Assembly (NCBI GenBank): GCA_030606165.1
Contig: JAUWGZ010000002.1
Coordinates: 1-39,231, forward strand
Length of the DNA stretch: 39,231 bases
Source: Dehalococcoidia bacterium
GTDB lineage: Bacteria > Chloroflexota > Dehalococcoidia > GIF9 > AB-539-J10
Direction of reading: 5' to 3'
The notes beneath the pieces are model-generated. The model was not told the DNA's origin and ran no database searches. It saw only the letters and a list, made by a program, of their open reading frames with translations. Positions 1-8,987 of the stretch are shown piece after piece (within the stretch, counting starts at the first letter, position 1; each line of letters begins with the position of its first letter). A program made the translations under genes and the position numbers.

Positions 1-1162
1 GTATGCGCACCTTCTGTGCTTTAAGATAGTAAGCGTCGTAATAACCTGCGGATAAAGCATAAGTGCCCAGCATTATACGCCTTTTAACCTCAGGCCCGAA
101 GCCAAATTGTCGCGTCCTCTCCGTTGTCTCGATTACATTACTGGCATCTCGCTCGGAAAAGCCGTATCTTACTCCATCGTAGCGAGCCAGATTCGCTGAA
201 GCTTCGGACGGAGCAAGTATATAGTAAGCAGCCAGAGCGTATTTAGTATGAGGTAGAGAGACTTCCCAATCTATTTCCGCACCGAGTTCCTGGAGTTTAT
301 CTATAGCTGCCTGCAAAGCCACCCGTACCTGGTTCTGCACGCCCTCGACAAGATACTCCCTGGGAATGCCAATCTTTAGTCCTTTGACGTCTGGAATTAG
401 TTGCTGGGTGTAGTCTGGGACAGGGTAAGGCACTGAGGTTGAGTCTCTGGAGTCATACCCGGCAATGACATTCATCACTAAGGCGCAGTCAGTGACATCC
501 TTGGTCATTGGCCCAATCTGGTCGAGAGAACTGGCGAAAGCAACCAGGCCGAAGCGGCTCACCCGACCGTAGGTTGGTTTAAGTCCCACCACGCTGCAAA
601 GTGCGGCTGGTTGACGGATGCTGCCCCCAGTGTCAGAGCCCAGAGCATAGATAGCTTCACCTGTGGACACAGCAACTGCGGAGCCACCGCTGCTACCTCC
701 GGGGACCCGACTTAAATCCCAGGGATTGTGGGTGGGGAAAAAGGCGGAGTGCTCCGTAGAAGAACCCATGGCAAACTCATCCATATTCGTTTTCCCTACT
801 ATTACCGCCTTCTGTGCCTTCAGTTTCTCTATTACCGTAGCATCGTAGGGAGGGACGAAATTTTCCAGCATCTTTGAACTACAGGTAGTTCTTACCCCCT
901 TGGTGCATATGACATCTTTGATTAAGGTAGGGATGCCGGTTAAAGGGGTAATTTCATGGGCAGTTTTGATGTAATTATCGACTTTCTCTGCCTCTTTCAG
1001 AGCATTGTCTTCAACAATAGTGACACAGGCATGAACTTTCCCTTCTACCTCAGCGATGCGCTTCAGTACAGATTTTGTCAATTCCGTCGAGGAAATTTTC
1101 CTTTGTTGAAGAAGCTCGTGTGCTTCATGAATAGTTAGCTGGTGTAGTTCATTCGCCGTCAT
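1..1162 (-). CDS. gatA: Glu-tRNA(Gln)/Asp-tRNA(Asn) amidotransferase subunit A, N-terminal ~387 codons (C-terminus runs off the left edge)
   Basis: Absent from the ORF track because it is open at the window edge. The reverse complement from ATG 1162-1160 reads [33 protein letters not shown]. The amidase signature [16 protein letters not shown] is encoded at about 661-710. It lies on the same strand as gatC and plsY. Confidence 0.9.
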   Translation of the reverse strand, partial: MTANELHQLTIHEAHELLQQRKISSTELTKSVLKRIAEVEGKVHACVTIVEDNALKEAEKVDNYIKTAHEITPLTGIPTLIKDVICTKGVRTTCSSKMLENFVPPYDATVIEKLKAQKAVIVGKTNMDEFAMGSSTEHSAFFPTHNPWDLSRVPGGSSGGSAVAVSTGEAIYALGSDTGGSIRQPAALCSVVGLKPTYGRVSRFGLVAFASSLDQIGPMTKDVTDCALVMNVIAGYDSRDSTSVPYPVPDYTQQLIPDVKGLKIGIPREYLVEGVQNQVRVALQAAIDKLQELGAEIDWEVSLPHTKYALAAYYILAPSEASANLARYDGVRYGFSERDASNVIETTERTRQFGFGPEVKRRIMLGTYALSAGYYDAYYLKAQKVRI

Positions 1163-1164
1163 AT

Positions 1165-1809
1165 TTAGAATCTTTCTTTGAGGCTGCGACGCCTGATAAC
1201 TTTGCGCCAATCGCCGCCAGTTCTGCCGTGCATCTCTTTAAGCCTGGGGATGTACTGTATGCCCAGGAATATCCCCAGACCCATGGAAAAGAATATTAAA
1301 GGCTCGCCGTGGTCTTCGAAGTAGATAAGCCAGGCAACAAACGGGAAAACAATAAGGAGCAGGCTATAACTAAAGGTGGGATTACGAGTAATAAGTAAAG
1401 CTATTGCAAAAACAATAAAGAGAAACGGAACGGCCCAGGGCATCAAGAAGATGAGAATCCCGATGGCGGTAGCTGCTCCTTTACCGCCACGGAATTTAAG
1501 GAAACCGGGAAAGATATGGCCGATTATGGCAGCTACGCCAGTAAGCCCGGTGAGAAGTTCAAATTCTGGAGGAATGCCCAACAACCACCGCACCAAAAGA
1601 ATTGCTCCTACGCCTTTGCCCAAGTCAGCCAAGGTTACTAGCACAGCCTCCATCGGCCCGACCTGGTAGAAGACATTCATAGCGCCCATGTTTTTGCTTC
1701 CGACCTCTCGGATGTCTATCCCTTTTCTCAGACGACCGGCAAGATATGCTGAAGGAAAAGAGCCAAGGAGGTAGCCAATTATGATGGCGATAACGATGTT
1801 GTTAATCAT
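1165..1809 (-). CDS. plsY: Glycerol-3-phosphate acyltransferase PlsY
   Basis: 214-aa polytopic membrane ORF with PlsY-type motifs ([22 protein letters not shown]). Its stop codon lies 2 nt from the gatA start. Confidence 0.88.
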   Translation of the reverse strand: MINNIVIAIIIGYLLGSFPSAYLAGRLRKGIDIREVGSKNMGAMNVFYQVGPMEAVLVTLADLGKGVGAILLVRWLLGIPPEFELLTGLTGVAAIIGHIFPGFLKFRGGKGAATAIGILIFLMPWAVPFLFIVFAIALLITRNPTFSYSLLLIVFPFVAWLIYFEDHGEPLIFFSMGLGIFLGIQYIPRLKEMHGRTGGDWRKVIRRRSLKERF

Positions 1810-1822
1810 TTGCCTGATGGGC

Positions 1823-2110
1823 TCACTCTAGTATTGCTTGAACTTTAAAACATTTTTCAGCTTGTTTTGGTGCGTTTGATAAAATCTCAGCTTGGGAATA
1901 TGAGTCAGCTACATTGTCTTTCCTGAAGACATTCTGTAGTGGGATGGTATGAGTCGCTGGTGGCACGTTGGCTGTATCTACTTGCTTGAGTATTTCGAAG
2001 TTCTCCAGAATATTAGATAGCTGGAGGCTAAATTTCTCCACTTCCTCCTCGCTTAAGCCCAAGCGAGCAAGCCAAGCGATATGCCTCACCTGTTCGTAAC
2101 TCAGCTTCAT
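1823..2110 (-). CDS. gatC: Glu/Asp-tRNA amidotransferase subunit C
   Basis: 95 aa. It reads MKLSYEQVRHIAWLARLGLSEEEVEKFSLQLSNILENFEILKQVDT, typical GatC length and sequence pattern. It is co-oriented with gatA. Confidence 0.9.
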   Translation of the reverse strand: MKLSYEQVRHIAWLARLGLSEEEVEKFSLQLSNILENFEILKQVDTANVPPATHTIPLQNVFRKDNVADSYSQAEILSNAPKQAEKCFKVQAILE

Positions 2111-2160
2111 CTCAGCGTGACTATCCCATTATAGCATCACACTTCATAATGCAACAGCGG

Positions 2161-2189
2161 TTGCTTATCTTCAGGGGCAATATTATAAT
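2161..2189 (+). promoter_or_regulatory. Sigma70-like promoter of the EF-G paralogue (-35 TTGCTT, 17-nt spacer, -10 TATAAT)
   Basis: TTGCTT at 2161-2166 and TATAAT at 2184-2189, read directly. Only 8 nt separate the -10 element from the GTG start at 2198. Confidence 0.4.
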
Positions 2190-2197
2190 GTAGAGTC

Positions 2198-4252
2198 GTG
2201 CAAATCCAAAACGTTGTCTTACTGTCTCATCAAGGGGCAGGTAAAACTTCGCTTACTGAGTCAATGCTCTTTACCTCAGGCGCTATCCAGCGTTTAGGTA
2301 GCGTTGAAGATGGCACGGCTACCTCGGATTATGATCCACTTGAGGTAGAACGCCACATGGGTATCAACCTGTCCCTGTTGCCATTTGAGTGGCAGGGGAT
2401 GAAGCTGAATCTCATTGATACCCCGGGATATGCTGATTTTACTGGCGAGGTAAGATCGGGATTGAGGGTAACCGAGGGAGCAATAGTTGTAATATGCGCT
2501 GCTTCGGGTGTGGAGGTAGGCACAGAACAGATGTGGAGCGATGCTGAAAAAGCAAATTTGCCGCGGTTAATATTTGTTAATAAGATGGATCGTGATAATG
2601 CCGATTTCTTCTCTACTTTGAAAGGAATTCAGGCTAAGTTGTCACCAAGATGTTTGCCTCTTCAATTACCCATAGGCTCACAAAGTGATTTTCAAGGCAT
2701 TGTAGATTTGGTGACTATGAAAGCTTATACTGGCGCTACTTCGCAGGAAGCAGAAGTACCTTCGACACTTCAGAAACAAGCAGAAGCTAGCCGTGAGAAG
2801 TTAGTAGAGGCCGCCGTGGAAATTGATGACGAGCTCATCAACAAGTATTTGGAGGGCGAGGCCATAAACAACGAGGAAATTTTTGCCGCCATAAAAAAGT
2901 CTACCATTGCTGGCAAGGTGGTGCCTGTTTTTGTTGGCTCTGCTTTGCAGGGCATCGGCACCCAGCAAGTTCTCAATGGTATTTGCTCCTGCTTGCCTTC
3001 GCCAGAAGAAAAGGATGCCTTTGTCGCTAAAAATGTTTCCACCGGTAATCAAGAAGAGGTCAGACCTGATTCGGAGTCTCCCCTATCCAGCCTTGTTTTC
3101 AAAACCAGCGCTGACCCCTATGTCGGCAAGCTCAGCTACTTTCGGGTTTACTCAGGCGTTATTTCCAGTAATTCCCAGGTTTGGAATGCTAACAGGAATA
3201 GCGTGGAACGGATTGGCCAGCTCTTTACCTTGCTGGGCAAAAATCAACAGCCAGTGCCGCAGGTCGCTGCCGGAGATATTGGGGCGGTGGCGAAGCTAAG
3301 TTTAACCACCACCGGGGATACCCTCTGTGCTCGCGAACATCCTGTGATATTCCCCGGTATCGAGTTCCCCAGAGCGAATTTCAGCATGGCAATCCAGCCT
3401 CAGACGAAAACCGATTTAGATAAGATGAGCACCGTTTTGCCCAGGATTTGTGAAGAGGACCCTTCTCTCCAAACACGTCGCGAAGTTGATACTAGCGAGT
3501 TTATTATTTCCGGAGTTGGTGATAGCCATCTGGAGATAGCCAGGGAGAAAATACGTCGCAAATTTGGAGTAGAGGTGAAATTAGATCTGCCAAAGATTCC
3601 TTACAAAGAAACTATTACTATGTCAACCAAGGCAGAGTATAAACATAAAAAGCAGACTGGAGGACATGGTCAATATGGACATGTCCGTCTGGAGTTGGAA
3701 CCTTTGTCTCGGGGTGGGGGATTTGAATTTGCTAAGAAAATCGTTGGGGGGGCAATACCCCAGAACTATATTCCCTCTGTGGAAAAAGGAGTCAATGAGG
3801 CGAAACAAGAAGGGGATTTAGCTGGTTATCCCGTAGTGGACGTGAAGGTAACCCTTTACGATGGCAGCTTCCATGCAGTAGATTCTTCGGACATTGCTTT
3901 TAAGATTTCGGGAGCACAGGCCTTAAAAAAGGGATTATCTCAGGGACAGCCGGTATTGCTTGAGCCTATAATGAATCTTACTATAACCGTGCCTGAGATG
4001 TATACCGGGGATATTGCTAGCGATCTTAATACTAAGAGGGGACACGTGCTTGGGATGAATCCCAGCGATGGCATCAACGTCATCCAGGCTCAGGCACCCT
4101 ATGCAGAGCTGACTCGTTATGCCATAGATTTAAGGTCAATGACACAAGGGCGCGGTAGCTTTGTGATGGAGTTTGACCATTATGAAGAGGTGCCAGCTCA
4201 TGTCAGTCAGAAAGTCATCGCTGACAAGAAGAAGGCAGGCAAGGGCGACTAA
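2198..4252 (+). CDS. Elongation factor G family translational GTPase (stand-alone EF-G2-like paralogue)
   Basis: 684 aa. G1 is SHQGAGKTS, G3 is DTPGYADF and G4 is NKMD. EF-G domain II-V patterns run through to the C-terminus. It is not in an rpsL-rpsG-fusA-tuf context. GTG start. Confidence 0.88.
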   Translation: MQIQNVVLLSHQGAGKTSLTESMLFTSGAIQRLGSVEDGTATSDYDPLEVERHMGINLSLLPFEWQGMKLNLIDTPGYADFTGEVRSGLRVTEGAIVVICAASGVEVGTEQMWSDAEKANLPRLIFVNKMDRDNADFFSTLKGIQAKLSPRCLPLQLPIGSQSDFQGIVDLVTMKAYTGATSQEAEVPSTLQKQAEASREKLVEAAVEIDDELINKYLEGEAINNEEIFAAIKKSTIAGKVVPVFVGSALQGIGTQQVLNGICSCLPSPEEKDAFVAKNVSTGNQEEVRPDSESPLSSLVFKTSADPYVGKLSYFRVYSGVISSNSQVWNANRNSVERIGQLFTLLGKNQQPVPQVAAGDIGAVAKLSLTTTGDTLCAREHPVIFPGIEFPRANFSMAIQPQTKTDLDKMSTVLPRICEEDPSLQTRREVDTSEFIISGVGDSHLEIAREKIRRKFGVEVKLDLPKIPYKETITMSTKAEYKHKKQTGGHGQYGHVRLELEPLSRGGGFEFAKKIVGGAIPQNYIPSVEKGVNEAKQEGDLAGYPVVDVKVTLYDGSFHAVDSSDIAFKISGAQALKKGLSQGQPVLLEPIMNLTITVPEMYTGDIASDLNTKRGHVLGMNPSDGINVIQAQAPYAELTRYAIDLRSMTQGRGSFVMEFDHYEEVPAHVSQKVIADKKKAGKGD

Positions 4253-4277
4253 GAGCGCCTGGAAGCTTTTATTTTAT

Positions 4278-5279
4278 TTAGCCAGCTAGTAACTCCTTCA
4301 GCTTGTTAGTGAAGGCTGGCACCACTTCTTCATATTTACCCACCACTCCAAATTCCGCCTCCCGGAATATGTTCGCCTCAGGGTCCTTATTGATGGCTAT
4401 GATGTGCTTGGAGCCTGAACATCCAGCCGTGTGCTGGCTGGCACCGGAAACAGCTATAGCAATGTAAATATCAGGGGCAACAATCTTTCCAGTGAGGCCG
4501 ATATGCGCTGCCTCTGGCACCCAGCCGTTATCAGCAGGAGGACGTGAGGAACCTACCGCACCGTGCAGCAAATCAGCTAGCGCTTTCAATGTAGTTTGGA
4601 AGGGCTCAGGACCACCCACCCCCCTGCCTCCACAGACAATCACAGGAGCATCCTCAAGCTTAATGCCGACCGCCTCTTCCTTAACAGTTTCTAATATCTT
4701 TGTCCTTACTTTCGACGTATCTATGTCAATCTTAGTGGGCATGACCTCTCCTTTCCTCGAGTCATCACGCTCCAACGGTGACATTGCCTTGGTCCTGACA
4801 GTAACCACCTGAGGCATAAGCTCGCTGGTGAATATGGCTTGAGCATTGCCGCCATAAACAGGCCGCTTTTGTATCAGCAGCTTCGTCGCCGGGTCTATAC
4901 TTAAGTCGAGACAATCTGTTGTCAGGCTGGTACCTAGTCTGAAGGCAAGGCGAGGAGCCAAGTCTCTACCCAGAGAAGTTTGCCCTATAAGTATTGCCCG
5001 AGGCGAAATTTCTTTGACCAATTTTTCCACGGCTTGCATATAGGAATCTGCTTGATATTCTTTGAAGGTGGGGTGTTCTACAGAATAAAACTTGTCTGCT
5101 CCGAAGGCAATCGCTTCTTTAGAGGCCCCACCCACTGCATCGCTGGCCAGCAGGCAAGATAAGTCTTCCTTCAGGTCATCGGCAAGCTTCCTACCACATC
5201 CTAGCAACTCAGTAGTAATGGAGGCTAGCTTCCCGTTTGCTAGCTCACCACAAACTAATATACCTTTGTTTTCAGCCAT
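4278..5279 (-). CDS. etfA: Electron transfer flavoprotein alpha subunit
   Basis: 333 aa with a C-terminal FAD-binding ETF-alpha pattern (VCGGRGVGG, IGLTGKIVAPDIYIAIAVSGASQHTAG). AAGGAGG RBS. Sits directly downstream of etfB. Confidence 0.9.
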   Translation of the reverse strand: MAENKGILVCGELANGKLASITTELLGCGRKLADDLKEDLSCLLASDAVGGASKEAIAFGADKFYSVEHPTFKEYQADSYMQAVEKLVKEISPRAILIGQTSLGRDLAPRLAFRLGTSLTTDCLDLSIDPATKLLIQKRPVYGGNAQAIFTSELMPQVVTVRTKAMSPLERDDSRKGEVMPTKIDIDTSKVRTKILETVKEEAVGIKLEDAPVIVCGGRGVGGPEPFQTTLKALADLLHGAVGSSRPPADNGWVPEAAHIGLTGKIVAPDIYIAIAVSGASQHTAGCSGSKHIIAINKDPEANIFREAEFGVVGKYEEVVPAFTNKLKELLAG

Positions 5280-5295
5280 TATTTCCTCCTTAACT

Positions 5296-6096
5296 TTAAA
5301 GCAATTTGGCTTCCTTGAGCCTTACGGCCAGATTAGCGCCCGCCTCTGCGGGCGTCTCTCCTTCGATGATTTCACATTTGGCTTCCTTGACTGGCTGAAA
5401 GAGTTTATCTAACTTGCTACGCCTTCCAGCAGCGCCAACTTGTGAAGGCTCAAGCCCAATATCGGCTGGTTTCCAGATGACAGGTTGTTTTTTACCCGCT
5501 GCCATGATTCCTTTCAAGGTGGGATAACGAAGTGCTCCTATCCCGCTGGTTACTATAATTAGGGCGGGAAGCGTCACTTCAACAACCTGATAGCCGTCGG
5601 GAATAACTCGCTCAACCTTCGCTTTTCCATCGGTGACCTCTACCTTACGAGCTAAAGTTACAGCCGGGATTCCTAAAATCTCAGCAATGCCTAGACCCAC
5701 TTGCCCGGCATCCCAGTCAGAGGATTGCCTACCGCAAAAAATAATGTCATATTCCCCTATTTTCTTTATCGCCATAGCCAAGGCGTTGGCAGTTGACCAG
5801 CTATCGCCTTCCTCAAAAGCTTCATCTTCCATAAGAATGAGTTCATCGCCCCCCACAGCTAATGCTTTCTTAATTACATCGCGAACGAAGTTATTACCTA
5901 AGCTGAGCGCGGTAATTTTGCCCCCAGCGGTATCTTTGATTTTGAGGGCAGCTTCCAAGGCAAATTCCTCGTATTGACCGATTACAGGTTTTACGTCTGG
6001 CGGCAAGGTCATTTGGTTATTTACCACCTTAAACACAGCCGGTGGCGCCTCAGGATCAGGTACTTGCTTGCAGCAGACAATCATATTAACTGGCAT
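5296..6096 (-). CDS. etfB: Electron transfer flavoprotein beta subunit
   Basis: 266 aa with the ETF-beta pattern (CCKQVPD, DIIFCGRQSSDWDAGQVG). AAGGAGG lies 7 nt upstream of the ATG at 6096. Confidence 0.9.
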   Translation of the reverse strand: MPVNMIVCCKQVPDPEAPPAVFKVVNNQMTLPPDVKPVIGQYEEFALEAALKIKDTAGGKITALSLGNNFVRDVIKKALAVGGDELILMEDEAFEEGDSWSTANALAMAIKKIGEYDIIFCGRQSSDWDAGQVGLGIAEILGIPAVTLARKVEVTDGKAKVERVIPDGYQVVEVTLPALIIVTSGIGALRYPTLKGIMAAGKKQPVIWKPADIGLEPSQVGAAGRRSKLDKLFQPVKEAKCEIIEGETPAEAGANLAVRLKEAKLL

Positions 6097-6130
6097 TACC
6101 TAACCTCCTTAAAGATTTTTGCAGCCTCAA

Positions 6131-6159
6131 AGGATACGGGAAAATCCGCCTTCTGTCAA
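6131..6159 (-). promoter_or_regulatory. Putative etfBA promoter (-35 TTGACA, 17 nt, -10 TATCCT on minus strand)
   Basis: The plus-strand sequence is tgtcaa at 6154-6159 and aggata at 6131-6136. A 7-bp inverted repeat TCGAATC/GATTCGA (6164-6182) abuts the -35 element. Confidence 0.3.
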
Positions 6160-6338
6160 TAATTCGAATCACGAAGATTCGATATGAACGGTCTAGTTAA
6201 GTGATAATAGCTACTTCAGCCACGGAATTAATGCTAAAATAGACAAAAATTGTTATTCGTGGGCATATTTTTTACATCCGCCATTGGGAGGCCTCTAAGC
6301 CGTCCAGCCGAATCAATTGCTCTTGTTTGGGGCAAGCT

Positions 6339-6836
6339 ATGGAAGTTAAATTCATTGCAGCTAACAACGTTGGCAAACTGGCTCGATGGTTAAGGCTGAT
6401 TGGCTACGATACTCGGCTGTTTAGGCAAAAAAACGATGGTCAAATGATTAAAACAGCTCTTAGTGAGGACAGGGTGATCTTGACTAAAGATACTCAATTT
6501 ATGAAAAGACGCCTGGTCACAAATGGCAAACTCAAAACTATACTCATTAAACAGGATGACCCTAAACTCCAGGTACAGGAAGTAGTGAAAACGTTGAATT
6601 TAAATTATCATTTCAAACCTTTCTCGCTTTGCCTAGAATGTAATCAAGCATTAATAGCTCGGGATAAAGGCGAGGTGCAAAACCTGGTCCCCGCTCACGT
6701 TTTTGAAATTCAAACTCAATATACGGAATGCCCCACCTGCCATCGCATCTACTGGCAGGGTACACATTGGCAGGCGATGGTCAAGAAGTTACAAGACTTG
6801 CAAGGAGGGGGTAGCGAAAAGCATACTTCTAGCTAA
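6339..6836 (+). CDS. Mut7-C RNase domain protein (PIN-like N-terminal domain plus C-terminal zinc ribbon)
   Basis: MEVKFIAANNVGKLARWLRLIGYDT matches the N-terminal hallmark of the Mut7-C/DUF82 family. The C-terminus has CLECN...CPTCHRIYWQGTHW. I prefer the ATG at 6339 over the TTG at 6327 given in the ORF track. Confidence 0.75.
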   Translation: MEVKFIAANNVGKLARWLRLIGYDTRLFRQKNDGQMIKTALSEDRVILTKDTQFMKRRLVTNGKLKTILIKQDDPKLQVQEVVKTLNLNYHFKPFSLCLECNQALIARDKGEVQNLVPAHVFEIQTQYTECPTCHRIYWQGTHWQAMVKKLQDLQGGGSEKHTSS

Positions 6837-6938
6837 TGCCCGGCTTTTTAATCTGGAGCTTCGAGACTAGCACGGATTAGCTAGTAGTGCTATACTCAGC
6901 CCATAATGCCAGGAGAATAAAGGTAAAGCTAAGCATCT

Positions 6939-7709
6939 ATGTTATTAGCAATTGATATTGGAAACACCAACATTAAGCTGGGCATATTTGATGGCGATAG
7001 GCTAAAAGCTACCTGGAATTTAGCTACCGGCATTCATCGCACTTCAGACGAGTATGGTGGAGTGGTGCTCAACCTTATGGAGCGGAAAAAAGTCTTGCCC
7101 TCAAAGGTTACTGGAGTAGCATTATGCGGTGTCGTGCCACCATTGCTGTATACATTCGAGGAACTGTGTAGGAAATATTTAAATACTAAACCCTTAGTGG
7201 TCGAAACTGGAGTCAAGACAGGCATGCGCATTCGCCTGGATAATCCTCGTGAGGTTGGCCCTGACCGCGTGGTCAACGCCGTGGCTGCCCAGAATCTCTA
7301 CGGAAAACCGCTAATAATTATTGACCTTGGCACTGCTACCACTTTCGACGTTGTTTCAAAGGAGGGTGATTATCTTGGCGGGGCTATTGCCCCGGGCATT
7401 GTCATAGCTACTGAAGCTTTATTCACTCGTACTGCTGCGCTCCCTCGAATAGAACTAGTCCATCCCAAGCAAGTCATCGGCAGAAATACTATCTCTGCTA
7501 TGCAATCAGGTATAATATTTGGTTACATTGAGCTTATTGAAGGCATGATTCGTCGAATACAACAGGAATTGGGAAGCAAAGCAAAGGTGGTAGCTACCGG
7601 CGGCCAGGCTTACCCTTTTGCCGAAGAGATAGCAGCCATAGACGTAATAAATCCCGATTTAACCTTAACTGGATTGCGCCTCATTTATGAAATGAACAAG
7701 GAACAGTGA
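6939..7709 (+). CDS. coaX: Type III pantothenate kinase
   Basis: 256 aa with MLLAIDIGNTN, GPDR and DLGTATTFD motifs of CoaX. Confidence 0.9.
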   Translation: MLLAIDIGNTNIKLGIFDGDRLKATWNLATGIHRTSDEYGGVVLNLMERKKVLPSKVTGVALCGVVPPLLYTFEELCRKYLNTKPLVVETGVKTGMRIRLDNPREVGPDRVVNAVAAQNLYGKPLIIIDLGTATTFDVVSKEGDYLGGAIAPGIVIATEALFTRTAALPRIELVHPKQVIGRNTISAMQSGIIFGYIELIEGMIRRIQQELGSKAKVVATGGQAYPFAEEIAAIDVINPDLTLTGLRLIYEMNKEQ

Positions 7710-8923
7710 TGCTTAGCAACAAAACCATAATTTTAGGGATAACAGGGAGCATTGCTGCCTACAAAGCAGCAGAGATTGCCAGCCAGCTAATTCAGGCCGG
7801 GGCGAAGGTGAATGTAATTATGACCAAAGAAGCCATCGAGTTCATATCACCTGTTACCCTACGGGCCATTACAGGTAGACCCGTAGTTACCAAAATGTTT
7901 GATTTGGCTTCAGAATTCAGCATTGAACATATCTCTTTGGCGAAAGCCGCTGATATAGTAGTTATTGCTCCCGCTACAGCCAATATCATTGCCAAACTGG
8001 CTGCTGGCATTGCTGACGACATGCTATGCTGCACGGTTCTGGCTACCAAGGCACCGGTGCTTATTGCCCCGGCTATGGAAACCAATATGTATAATAATCC
8101 AGCCACCCAGGATAATTTGTCTAAGCTTAAAGCTCGCAACTTTATGATTATTGCTCCAGCCACGGGCCGGTTAGCCTCGGGTAAAGAAGGTCCGGGGCGA
8201 CTCACCGATATCACTGATATTATAGGCAGCATCCGCCAGGTACTGGGTAGGGGTGGAGACCTGGCCGGCAAACATATCTTAGTTACCGCAGGCGGTACCC
8301 AAGAGCCTATCGACCCGGTTCGCTACATCAGCAACCGCTCATCAGGGAAAATGGGCTATGCTCTGGCTGAAGCAGCCCGTGACCGGGGAGCTAAAGTAAC
8401 ATTGATTACAGCACCCACCTCATTCCCCGAGCCCGTAGGCGTTGACGTTGTCAAAGTCGGCACTGCTCAGGAAATGCGTCAAACAGTAGAGAATGTAACT
8501 CCCCAAGCTGACGCTTTGGTCATGGCAGCCGCCGTAGCTGATTACCGTCCGACCAAAACGGCTAAAGATAAGATTAAAAAAGGAGAGGCAGGGTTAACCT
8601 TGGAGCTGGAATGCACGCCTGATATCTTAGGCAATGTCAAGGGAAATTTCATCAAAGTAGGTTTCGCCGCTGAAAGCAGCAACCTGGTGGAAAATGCTAA
8701 GCAGAAGCTAAAGCAAAAGGGACTTGCCCTCATCGTGGCCAATGATATTACGGCCACCGATAGTGGGTTTGGCGCCGATAGCAATCGAGTAACCATAATT
8801 GACCGAGAAGGTAAAGTTGATAGCCTGCCTCTCATGCCGAAACGAGAGGTGGCCGACAAGGTTTTGGGTATGGTGGCGAAGCTCCTTCCAAAGCCAAAAT
8901 CCAGACGACCAAACAAGCTTTGA
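7709..8923 (+). CDS. coaBC: Bifunctional phosphopantothenoylcysteine decarboxylase / phosphopantothenate-cysteine ligase
   Basis: About 404 aa. The flavoprotein N-domain has ILGITGSIAAYKA and the CoaB domain has ISNRSSGKMG and AAAVADYRP. The ATG at 7709 overlaps the coaX TGA; the GTG at 7706 is an alternative start. Confidence 0.9.
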   Translation: MLSNKTIILGITGSIAAYKAAEIASQLIQAGAKVNVIMTKEAIEFISPVTLRAITGRPVVTKMFDLASEFSIEHISLAKAADIVVIAPATANIIAKLAAGIADDMLCCTVLATKAPVLIAPAMETNMYNNPATQDNLSKLKARNFMIIAPATGRLASGKEGPGRLTDITDIIGSIRQVLGRGGDLAGKHILVTAGGTQEPIDPVRYISNRSSGKMGYALAEAARDRGAKVTLITAPTSFPEPVGVDVVKVGTAQEMRQTVENVTPQADALVMAAAVADYRPTKTAKDKIKKGEAGLTLELECTPDILGNVKGNFIKVGFAAESSNLVENAKQKLKQKGLALIVANDITATDSGFGADSNRVTIIDREGKVDSLPLMPKREVADKVLGMVAKLLPKPKSRRPNKL

Positions 8924-8987
8924 ATTTGGAATTTGTATCAAGATCTCTTCCAGTTGACAGCCGATAGCTAAGATAGGTTTAGAGTTA

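Noticed and set aside
7792-8271. Long antisense or out-of-frame ORFs inside well-supported genes. Examples are 7792-8271 and 8542-8916 in coaBC, 1376-1669 in plsY, 2907-3299 in EF-G, 5633-5977 in etfB, 23580-24077 in the acyl-CoA synthetase, 27467-27922 in alpha1, 30638-30982 in alpha2, and 35422-35796 in the ACAD gene.
   Set aside because: Each lies fully within a gene that has clear family motifs on the other strand or frame. They have skewed, Ser/Pro/Arg-rich or low-complexity composition and no RBS. These are typical shadow ORFs.
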